Below, one piece after another: positions 1 through 6,838 of a stretch of DNA of 53,069 nt. The stretch comes from Gemmatimonadota bacterium. Lineage in GTDB: Bacteria > Gemmatimonadota > Gemmatimonadetes > Gemmatimonadales > GWC2-71-9. Every line of letters begins with the position of its first letter. Within the stretch, counting starts at the first letter, position 1. The stretch lies in contig JAZDCY010000053.1 of the NCBI GenBank assembly GCA_036679645.1, positions 1-53,069 on the forward strand, in the 5' to 3' direction. The notes under the pieces are model-generated. The model did not search any database, was not told where the DNA came from, and was given only the letters and a program-made list of their open reading frames with translations. The position numbers were made by a program, and so were the translations under genes.

Positions 1-394
1 GGACGCCGCGTCGATTTCGGCGAGACGGCCTTCGACGATCGCGACGCCACCGCCATGGTCGTCCCCGTGCCGCGCCTCGATCCCGGCATCTACACCGTCG
101 CTTGGACGACGCTCTCCAGCGTCGACGGACACACCTGGAACGGCACCTTCAGCTTCACCATCCTCAACCCCGACGGCACCGCCCCCCTCGGCGTCGCCTT
201 CACCCTGGACGTCAACACGCCCGGCCCCCCGGCCGCTGCCGACGCCGCCATGAAATGGATCACGCTTACCGCCACGCTGGCGCTCGCCGGGGCGGCGCTC
301 TTCGCCCTTGTCGTCGCCACCCCGGCCGCGCGTGCGCTTGGCGCACCGGCGGCGCTGTTCGGGCGTCGCGCCGTGGCGCAGGCCTTTAGCGTCG
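1..394 (+). pseudogene. CopC/CopD-like copper-resistance protein, 5' partial, coding sense lost at a REP-like element
   Basis: Frame open from base 1: GRRVDFG...PGIYTVAWTTLSSVDGHTWNGTFSFTI (CopC C-terminal YTVxW..S.DGH motif), followed by a hydrophobic CopD-like first helix. After ~395 the frame just translates repeat DNA. Confidence 0.7.
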
Positions 395-451
395 CCCCAC
401 CGCCTTTCAAGGCGGGCCGCGCGCAGCGCGCCGAGCCGGGGCTTCAGCCCC
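395..451 (+). repeat. REP-like unit A, copy 1 (57 bp, two hairpins)
   Basis: Identical to 1216-1272. Contains hairpins CCGCCT-TTCA-AGGCGG and GGGGC-TTCA-GCCCC. Confidence 0.9.
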
Positions 452-469
452 GGAACACTCGTGTAGCCA

Positions 470-585
470 CGTCCCGCTCCCGCCGGTCTGCGGACCCGCG
501 CTCCCGCGTCCCCGCTGCTCCGCGACCTCGCGCTCCCACTGCTCCGCGACCCCGCTGCTCCCGTTGCTCCCGCTGCTCCACGACC
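470..585 (+). repeat. Degenerate ~9-bp tandem tract (CCGCTGCTC/GCTCCCGCT-like)
   Basis: Repeated gctcccg/ctgctcc units between REP units A1 and B1. Confidence 0.6.
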
Positions 586-619
586 ACACACCGTTAGCCC
601 ATCGACGTCGCCGTCGCAA

Positions 620-670
620 TTCGCGCGTTGAAACGCGCGCTCGGCGCTACGCGGCGCGCCATACAGGCGC
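620..670 (-). repeat. REP-like unit B, copy 1 (51 bp)
   Basis: Matches 1159-1209 with 2 mismatches. Minus strand contains GTAG-CGCCGAG-CGCGCGT-TTCA-ACGCGCG. Confidence 0.9.
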
Positions 671-745
671 GGTCTGCGATGAAAGGCGCCACCGACAGGT
701 GAGAACGGTGAAAGCACTCCGCGCTCACCGTGGCATGTTGGCAGC

Positions 746-1138
746 GTGACCAGCTCCCTCTTCCTCCACCTCACGTGGGCCACGCTTGAACGGCGTCCCA
801 TGATCGGCGCGCCTGTGGCCGAGTTCTTGGAACGGTTTCTCCCAGCGGAGGCGCGACGGCACGGTGCGCAGGTGATCGCACTCGGGGTCGTCTCGGATCA
901 CGTGCACCTCTTGCTGCGAGTCCCGGGCCGATTCGACATCCCCCGTCTGATGCAGGGCCTGAAGGGTGCCAGCGCGCGGGTTGCCAATCGGGATGGGGTC
1001 GGCGTCGTGGGACTCCGTTGGGCCCGCGGGTACGACGCCCGATCCGTCGGTCCACGACGGCTGTCCGCAGTGGCGTCATATATTCGCGAGCAAGCTAGGC
1101 GGCATCCCGACCGGGTGCCTCGGGGTTCGACGTATTGA
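746..1138 (+). mobile_element. tnpA: IS200/IS605-family (Y1 HUH) transposase TnpA, REP-associated
   Basis: LFLHLTWAT N-terminus, HUH motif DHVHLL, LKGAS, RWARGY, catalytic YIREQ (YxxxQ). 130 aa; no tnpB nearby. Confidence 0.88.
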
Positions 1139-1158
1139 GGCAAGTCTAGTCACGCGGG

Positions 1159-1209
1159 TTCGCGCGTTGAAACGCGCGCTCGGCGCTACGCGACGCGCCA
1201 TGCAGGCGC
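1159..1209 (-). repeat. REP-like unit B, copy 2
   Basis: Near-identical to 620-670; starts 20 bp after the tnpA stop. Confidence 0.9.
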
Positions 1210-1215
1210 TTCCCC

Positions 1216-1272
1216 CCCCACCGCCTTTCAAGGCGGGCCGCGCGCAGCGCGCCGAGCCGGGGCTTCAGCCCC
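1216..1272 (+). repeat. REP-like unit A, copy 2
   Basis: Identical to 395-451. Confidence 0.9.
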
Positions 1273-1315
1273 TGCCCATACTTCGCAACAGTCCGGGGCC
1301 CTTAGCTCAGCTGGT
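1273..1315 (+). repeat. Duplicated -10 box, leader and 5' end of tRNA-Ile2 (att-like direct repeat)
   Basis: tgcccatacttcgcaacagtccggggcccttagctcagctggt versus 2980-3020 tgcccatacttcacaacagtttgggcccttagctcagtggt. GGGCCCTTAGCTCAG at 1296-1310 is identical to 3002-3016. Confidence 0.85.
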
Positions 1316-1450
1316 GATTGAATCTTGGTCCACGAGGGTGGCCGCCAACTCGGCGACTACTGCGAAGGCCCGATGCAGGTCGAATTCGGCAGAGTCCCGT
1401 GCTCGTAACACCGCGTGCAGTTGTTCGGGTCGTGCAAGTTGACGTTTCAT
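1307..1450 (-). CDS. Small hypothetical protein (47 aa, MKRQLARPEQ...)
   Basis: ATG-to-TGA ORF read by hand; it stops inside the tRNA fragment. No recognised motif. Confidence 0.3.
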   Translation of the reverse strand: MKRQLARPEQLHAVLRARDSAEFDLHRAFAVVAELAATLVDQDSITS

Positions 1451-1518
1451 GCTTGTATGCTCATTGTCTCAAATTGCCTGCCAAGCAATCATGGCGAAAT
1501 AGAATACCATCTCGTGAG

Positions 1519-1647
1519 ATGATTATGGCTCCCCCCGCGGGAAGGGTGGCAAGCAAAGGCGAGAGCGCACGGAGCGACACGCTCACTCCTGAGCGTCGGG
1601 CCGAGATTGCTCGGGAGGCGGCTGAATACCGGTGGAAGAACTCGTAG
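1519..1647 (+). CDS. Small basic protein with an 'AR...LTPERRAEIAREAA..RW' motif (mobile-element-associated, P63C N-terminal-like)
   Basis: Resembles the GGxARAxxLTPExRxEIARxAAxxRW motif. Overlaps the Fic 3' end convergently. Confidence 0.5.
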   Translation: MIMAPPAGRVASKGESARSDTLTPERRAEIAREAAEYRWKNS

Positions 1648-2833
1648 GAATAACGCCGGTTGTGAACACCGACGTCCCGCTGGCCGTGACCGTTGGCATC
1701 GACGGCTTGGAGGTTTTTGTCTCCTCGAACGGATCATGAATCGCCCGGGGTTCAAGCCCCCGCTTCCGTTCGTCCAGTAGCTTCTTGCTCGCCACATAGT
1801 ACCGGCCCCGCTTTTCCCCCTTCGCGTCAAGCAGTGCTGCTTCCACAAGTGCCCTGAGATCCAGACTTGCCACCTGCTCGCTCACATCAGCGACGGGACG
1901 GTAGGTACTGTTTCGCACCTTGAACCCGGCGGCGGCATCCCACAGGGCCAATGCCGTTCGCTCCGGCAATCCATCATGCGTCACCAGTTCCTCGAAAATG
2001 GTCATTAGTCGTTCTGATTCCCGGGCCCGGCGCAGCAGCGTTTGGGCTTGGAAGCTATGGGCGCGGAGACAGAACCGGATCCACGCATGTGCATCGTTCT
2101 CCGGATGCCAGCTTCCACTGCCCGTGTCGGCCAGAATGTCGTAATACGCCCGATGGCTGTTTCCGAGATACTCCTCGATGCTGGAAAAAGGAGGCTCGAG
2201 GGTTCCGGCGCGACTGAGAACCAGCGTCTGTAAGCAACGGGCCATGCGTCCGTTCCCGTCTGAGAAAGGATGAATCATGACGAGGTTCAGGTGCGCCATG
2301 GCAGCACCCACAAGCTCTGGTGTGTCGCCCGGTGTGGCTAATTGGTCCACGAGTTCGTCCATGAGATCGGGAACCATAACGAAGTAAGGACCCTCGTAGA
2401 CCCGCTGTCCTTTGTCTTCGTCAACAACGAAGACGGCCCCCGGACGCCACAGACCGGGGTTCTTGTCGAGATCGTATTCCAGCATGATGAAGTGCAGGGC
2501 CTTAATGACCCCGGCGGACCATTGAAAATGTTGATCGCGAGACAACCCAAGCACATGCGTCATGGCCCGCCGGTATGTCCCGGTTGCTAGGCGTGTCGCT
2601 TCGTTCGCCTCGACGGCTTCACCCTGCGCCGCCGCCACCACATCGTCCTTGGCGATCTGGTATCCCTCAATGCTGTTGGAGCCCCGAATGACCCGCCCGA
2701 GCGTGCTTCGCCGCAGGAGACCGGTCCACCGCCGTGGTACACGCAGCAGATGGCGAAGGTTGTCCCGCGCCTCGTCAATCTGGGCGATGACCTCATGGTC
2801 CTTTCGGCTCATCTTCGGAGTGGTGTAGAGCAT
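1583..2833 (-). CDS. Fic family protein (AMPylase-like) with probable C-terminal winged HTH
   Basis: Canonical HPFSDGNGRMAR motif, SNSIEG N-terminal motif, C-terminal DLRALVEAALLDAKGEKRGRYY. Confidence 0.92.
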   Translation of the reverse strand: MLYTTPKMSRKDHEVIAQIDEARDNLRHLLRVPRRWTGLLRRSTLGRVIRGSNSIEGYQIAKDDVVAAAQGEAVEANEATRLATGTYRRAMTHVLGLSRDQHFQWSAGVIKALHFIMLEYDLDKNPGLWRPGAVFVVDEDKGQRVYEGPYFVMVPDLMDELVDQLATPGDTPELVGAAMAHLNLVMIHPFSDGNGRMARCLQTLVLSRAGTLEPPFSSIEEYLGNSHRAYYDILADTGSGSWHPENDAHAWIRFCLRAHSFQAQTLLRRARESERLMTIFEELVTHDGLPERTALALWDAAAGFKVRNSTYRPVADVSEQVASLDLRALVEAALLDAKGEKRGRYYVASKKLLDERKRGLEPRAIHDPFEETKTSKPSMPTVTASGTSVFTTGVIPTSSSTGIQPPPEQSRPDAQE

Positions 2834-2960
2834 GGAAATACAGTTACTTTCCCAAAGCAGTGATACAGTTAATATCTATATTTCCATGCCGATGTAAAGC
2901 TACCTCAGGACGACGGCGGCGGGCGCGTCCCCACTGTTGGCCCACAGTCAGGATTTCAAG

Positions 2961-2989
2961 TTGAATTGGGGTGCAGCCATGCCCATACT
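2961..2989 (+). promoter_or_regulatory. Sigma70-type promoter of tRNA-Ile2
   Basis: TTGAAT-17 bp-CATACT, 12 bp upstream of the tRNA. Confidence 0.7.
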
Positions 2990-3001
2990 TCACAACAGTT
3001 T

Positions 3002-3074
3002 GGGCCCTTAGCTCAGTGGTTAGAGCAGCGGACTCATAATCCGTCGGTCGTAGGTTCAAATCCTACAGGGCCCA
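3002..3074 (+). tRNA. tRNA-Ile2 (CAT, lysidine type); elongator Met less likely
   Basis: Cloverleaf: acceptor GGGCCCT/AGGGCCC, anticodon loop CTCATAA, T-loop GTTCAAATC. C4-G69 and C5-G68 pairs and overall resemblance to ileX. CCA is not encoded. Confidence 0.9.
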
Positions 3075-3127
3075 TTACCGCCGCGCCGTACACATGGCGT
3101 CGTGTGGACCCTGTGGCTTCCCCTCGC

Positions 3128-3161
3128 TCGCGCCTTAGCCCCGCCAGCGGCTAAGGCGCGA
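3128..3161. terminator. Strong hairpin downstream of tRNA-Ile2
   Basis: 13-bp perfect inverted repeat TCGCGCCTTAGCC/GGCTAAGGCGCGA; no U-tract. Confidence 0.45.
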
Positions 3162-3260
3162 TCATCGGGTCAAAGCCTACTGGGCTCTCCGTAGCATTGG
3201 TATTCCCCCGCTTTCGCGGACGCTTCCGAACAGGTTCATATTGGGTCAGGAGATGTGCGA

Positions 3261-4349
3261 ATGGCCAAACCCGAGAAACGAACGATAGCGCTTGCACTGA
3301 GCAGCGCGTTGGTCGCCTTCCTCGCCGCCGAAGTAGTGCTTCGTGTGCAACCATGGGTGGATCTCGATGTCGACTATGCTGGGCGGCTGTCCGAGCGGCT
3401 GCACCATGATGAAGACAGGATCGAGGTCGAGCGGTACGGAACGTGTTCGGATGGGTCGCCGCCGTTTCGATTGCTTGCGCTCGGCGACTCGTGGATGGCC
3501 GAGGGAACCATGATCGAGACGATTGCGCGGGAGGCCGCCGACGTGGGATGCACCGAGGTGTGCAACGGAGGGACGGTCTCCTATGCGCCGTCGCTCTACT
3601 TGCTCAAGGGCCGGCAGCTACGAGAGCGCTGCTCGCCTGACCTGATCGTTGTGAACATCGATGCAACCGATGTGGCAGATGAGTGGTACCGCTACCGGAT
3701 ACCGCAGGTCCGCGACCGAACCGGCCGACTAGTTGCCATCCCCATGAGCCACGACGCCCACGATCTGGCTTTCTGGAACGGCATCGCCGCCGCCCACTCG
3801 GGTCCTTCCTACGTTTGGCGCGCCGTCAAGAAGACGTACCATTTGTATGTGTTCATGCCAAAGCTGCGTCAGGTCATAGGACGAGGGGTAATGGACTACG
3901 AACGTTCGATGAGCATTCACCTGGCGACGACATTCACGCCTCCGCAACGCGAGCAGCTGGCGTACTTCTCGGGTGTTTTGACGGAGATGACGAAGGGCCT
4001 CGGCGAGCTCGTCGGCGAGCAGAGACGGGTCGTGGTGACGTACCATCCGCATTTCTTGGGCGCCTCGCGGGACCCCGCGCGCAACCGGTACAACGACGCA
4101 CTGTCCGAACTCCTTCGAGAGGTGGCGGCCGCTACGGGAGTGACACTCGTCGACTGCACTGGCCAGGTCGAGCGCATCCAAGGGGAGGACTACGGCCCGG
4201 CGTTCCAGTGGCCGGACGATCCGTTCTCACACCTGACGGAGGCGGGATACCGTGCCTACGGCGCCTTCGTTGCCCAGACCGTGGTCCCGATCGTCCGTCA
4301 TATGCTCGACGATGGGGAGGACGCCGGTCGTTTCGAATCACCGGGCTGA
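3261..4349 (+). CDS. Membrane-anchored SGNH/GDSL hydrolase family protein
   Basis: N-terminal TM ending AEVVLR, block I LALGDSW, C-terminal SHLTEAGY. Confidence 0.75.
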   Translation: MAKPEKRTIALALSSALVAFLAAEVVLRVQPWVDLDVDYAGRLSERLHHDEDRIEVERYGTCSDGSPPFRLLALGDSWMAEGTMIETIAREAADVGCTEVCNGGTVSYAPSLYLLKGRQLRERCSPDLIVVNIDATDVADEWYRYRIPQVRDRTGRLVAIPMSHDAHDLAFWNGIAAAHSGPSYVWRAVKKTYHLYVFMPKLRQVIGRGVMDYERSMSIHLATTFTPPQREQLAYFSGVLTEMTKGLGELVGEQRRVVVTYHPHFLGASRDPARNRYNDALSELLREVAAATGVTLVDCTGQVERIQGEDYGPAFQWPDDPFSHLTEAGYRAYGAFVAQTVVPIVRHMLDDGEDAGRFESPG

Positions 4350-4504
4350 GATCGGAGCGGGAGACTTCGTACCGCGAATGAATGAGTCTGCTTCCCGCTC
4401 GCATGCGCGACGGCGGGCCGTTCCGTGTCCTGAGGTTTCTCGGCGCGGCTAGGATGCCCTTCTGCTGACGCGGACGCGGGCAAACGCGCTCGTGCCACCC
4501 GATC

Positions 4505-4620
4505 GGGCAACTGCGACGTCGTGAGCCAGGTAGACCGCCGCCATCCCCCCCTCGGCCCAGCAGCCGCAGAACCTCGTAGGCGCCGGAAGTTTCCCCTCGA
4601 AGGCTCTCGGCAAGCGAGTC
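4505..4620 (-). pseudogene. Ser/Thr (Hanks) kinase N-terminal remnant, frameshifted
   Basis: YEVLRLLGRGG / MAAVYLAHDV split by a +1 frameshift in a G7 run (C7 at 4545-4551 on +). Downstream kinase subdomains are absent. Confidence 0.7.
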
Positions 4621-4763
4621 GTGCTCGCCGGCAAACACGCTGGTGCCGTCACGGGTGCCCGCTGGATGGGTGTCCCAGTGAGTATCGACACCCCGAATTA
4701 TCCCCCATACGTTCCTCACCGAACCTTGAGCCCCGCCCCCTCGATGGCGATATTCTCTGACCT

Positions 4764-4854
4764 GAGCACCGAGCACCGAGCACCGAGCACCGAGCACCGA
4801 GCACCGAGCACCGAGCACCTGAGCACCTGAGCACCTGAGCGTCTATGCGTCTGT
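4764..4854 (+). repeat. Tandem repeat: (GAGCACC)x8 then CTGAGCAC/CTGAGCGT octamers
   Basis: Read directly; ends a few bp before tRNA-Val. Confidence 0.95.
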
Positions 4855-4861
4855 CAGTACT

Positions 4862-4935
4862 GGGTGGTTAGCTCAGTTGGTTAGAGCGCCGGTTTCACAT
4901 ACCGGAGGTCACTGGTTCGAATCCAGTACCGCCCA
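4862..4935 (+). tRNA. tRNA-Val (CAC)
   Basis: Acceptor GGGTGGT/ACCGCCC, anticodon arm CCGGT-TTCACAT-ACCGG, T-loop GTTCGAATC. Confidence 0.93.
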
Positions 4936-4945
4936 TTCCCCAAGT

Positions 4946-4982
4946 CAAAGCCCCGCAGAGCGTGCCACTCCGCGGGGCTTTG
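4946..4982. terminator. Intrinsic, possibly bidirectional, terminator
   Basis: CAAAGCCCCGC...GCGGGGCTTTG stem between tRNA-Val and the convergent small ORFs. Confidence 0.7.
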
Positions 4983-5009
4983 CGGTTACGGAAGGACGGA
5001 GATCGGTGG

Positions 5010-5231
5010 CTAGGGCTGAACGGCTATCGCGCCGCTCGACTTGCGGGTCCTGCGTTTGCCGAGGAGCACGAGCCCCCCTCCCCCACCCGTCGCGGAGAAG
5101 GCGAGAATGTCCCAATCATCGGGGGGGTCCGTCAACGCGCTCGGCTCTGCGGGGGGTTCCCCGGCGTTGAGCGCCCTGACGGCGAGGCGTTCGTAGTGAT
5201 CCAACCGGATAATGGGCCTGATGTCGCTCAT
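5010..5231 (-). CDS. Hypothetical protein (73 aa, MSDIRPIIRLDHY...)
   Basis: ATG overlaps the upstream XRE stop (ATGA), preceded by GGAG. Confidence 0.5.
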   Translation of the reverse strand: MSDIRPIIRLDHYERLAVRALNAGEPPAEPSALTDPPDDWDILAFSATGGGGGLVLLGKRRTRKSSGAIAVQP

Positions 5232-5377
5232 GTCTTGCTCTCCACGATGAGGTAGCTGGCCGGACATTCCAGCGCCTTGGCAATCTTCTCGAGCGTTGCG
5301 AAGTCGACGCCCGTCGTCTGGCTAGTCTCGAGCTTGCCGAGCGTCGATTGTGCGATGCCGGTGCGCCGGGTCAACAC
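5228..5377 (-). pseudogene. XRE/Cro-C1 HTH regulator, N-terminally truncated
   Basis: LTRRTGIAQSTLGKLETSQTTGVDFATLEKIAKALECPASYL is a typical XRE helix 2-5 pattern. An in-frame TAG lies immediately upstream. Confidence 0.75.
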
Positions 5378-5558
5378 CTATTATCGGTTAGTTGTCCTCG
5401 CTGGTCCATAGCATAGACGCCACAGCGGTGTGCGGCGTTCAGCTTGTCCAGATAACCGGCAACCGCTGGAAACCTTTTGGCTTAGCTCCCGTAGGGCTCG
5501 CAACCGACCAAAGAGGTCGTGTTTCGAACCGCAACGCCCCCTGGGTGCGGGAGTGGCC

Positions 5559-6803
5559 ATGGATATTCCACGGCGACGCAAGAAGGACAGGAAGAAATAC
5601 CTGTATGGCGGGGCCGCTCTGGGTGCAGTGGTGTTCGTGACCGCCGCCGTGAGTGGTCTCGGTTCGGGCATGCCGTCGGTCGAGCGCTCTACCGTGCTCG
5701 TCGACGTCGTGGAACGTGGGACGATGCTCCGGCAGGTCCGCGGTCCGGGAAGGCTCGTTCCCGAGCAGATACGGTGGGTGCCCGCGGTCACCGCCGGCCG
5801 CATCGAGCGGAAGTACGTACAGCCGGGCACGTCGGTCGATTCCGGAACCGTGCTGCTCGAGCTGAGCAATCCGGACGTACAGCTCGAGATGCTCGAGGCC
5901 GAACGACAGCTGTCGGCTGTACAGGCTGCCCTCGTAAGTCTGCGTACCACTCTCGAAAACCAGCGTCTCAATCAGGCATCGGTGGTGGCATCTGTACGCG
6001 CGCAGTCGCTTCAGGCGCAGCGGGATGCCCGCGCAGCGGAGGAACTCGCAGCGCGCGATCTGATGTCCGCATCCGAGGTAGCCACGGCCCGCGAGCGCGC
6101 CGAAGAACTCGCGACCCGCATGGACCTCGAGGAACAGCGCCTCGTCATAACGACGGAGACGATCGAGCCCCAGCTCGATGTGCAGCAAACACAGGTCGAA
6201 CGACTTCAGAACATCGTGCAGTTCCACCGGCGTCGCATCGCGTCGATGCGCGTCGTGGCCGGAACGAATGGCGTGCTCCAGGACATGCCCATCGAGGAAG
6301 GGCAGTGGGTACTCCCGGGACACACCCTCGCACGCGTCATCCAGCCCCATCGACTGAAGGCCGAGTTGCGCATTCCGGAGGTGCAGGCGCGCGACGTCGT
6401 TCTCGGCCAGAGCGTCATCATCGACACCAGGACGGATACGATCATGGGTCGCGTAGTGCGGATCGATCCCGCCGTACAGAACGGCGCTCTCACCGTCGAC
6501 GTGGCGCTCGAGGGTGAGCTGCCGCCCGGCGCGCGGCCCGATCTCTCGGTCGATGGAACGATCGAGATCTCCCGGATCGACAATGCGCTTTCGGCCGGCC
6601 GGCCTGCGTTCGGGGCCGCCAACAGTACGGTCACCGTGTTCAAGCTCTCGCCCGATCGCAAGACGGCCGAACGAGTGCGAGTCCGTTTTGGACGCGGCTC
6701 AGTGAACGCTATCGAGATCCTCGACGGCCTCATGGAAGGGGACGTCATCATCCTCTCAGACATGTCGCAGTGGGACGGCTACGACCAGATCCGGCTGCGC
6801 TAA
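5559..6803 (+). CDS. Efflux transporter periplasmic adaptor (HlyD/MacA-like)
   Basis: N-terminal TM, lipoyl-like VQPGTSV, coiled coil, beta-barrel; first gene of an ABC operon. Confidence 0.9.
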   Translation: MDIPRRRKKDRKKYLYGGAALGAVVFVTAAVSGLGSGMPSVERSTVLVDVVERGTMLRQVRGPGRLVPEQIRWVPAVTAGRIERKYVQPGTSVDSGTVLLELSNPDVQLEMLEAERQLSAVQAALVSLRTTLENQRLNQASVVASVRAQSLQAQRDARAAEELAARDLMSASEVATARERAEELATRMDLEEQRLVITTETIEPQLDVQQTQVERLQNIVQFHRRRIASMRVVAGTNGVLQDMPIEEGQWVLPGHTLARVIQPHRLKAELRIPEVQARDVVLGQSVIIDTRTDTIMGRVVRIDPAVQNGALTVDVALEGELPPGARPDLSVDGTIEISRIDNALSAGRPAFGAANSTVTVFKLSPDRKTAERVRVRFGRGSVNAIEILDGLMEGDVIILSDMSQWDGYDQIRLR

Positions 6804-6838
6804 CCGTTGCCCAGCTTTAACGGCCGCAAGGAGCCCAG

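Noticed and set aside
1139..1300. tnpB/IscB or omega-RNA next to tnpA
   Set aside because: There is no RuvC-type ORF. The DNA is accounted for by REP-like units and the tRNA fragment.
1296..1370. Third tRNA gene
   Set aside because: Only the acceptor 5' strand and part of the D-arm are present; there is no anticodon or T arm.
4132..4834. ORFs with ARCSVLG/STEHRAP repeats
   Set aside because: These are translations of the heptamer tandem repeat, not real proteins.
4764..4854. Possible CRISPR array
   Set aside because: Units are 7-8 bp with no spacers, and no cas genes are present.
5380..5558. Sigma54 promoter or riboswitch before the efflux operon
   Set aside because: No convincing TGGCAC-N5-TTGC motif or recognisable aptamer.
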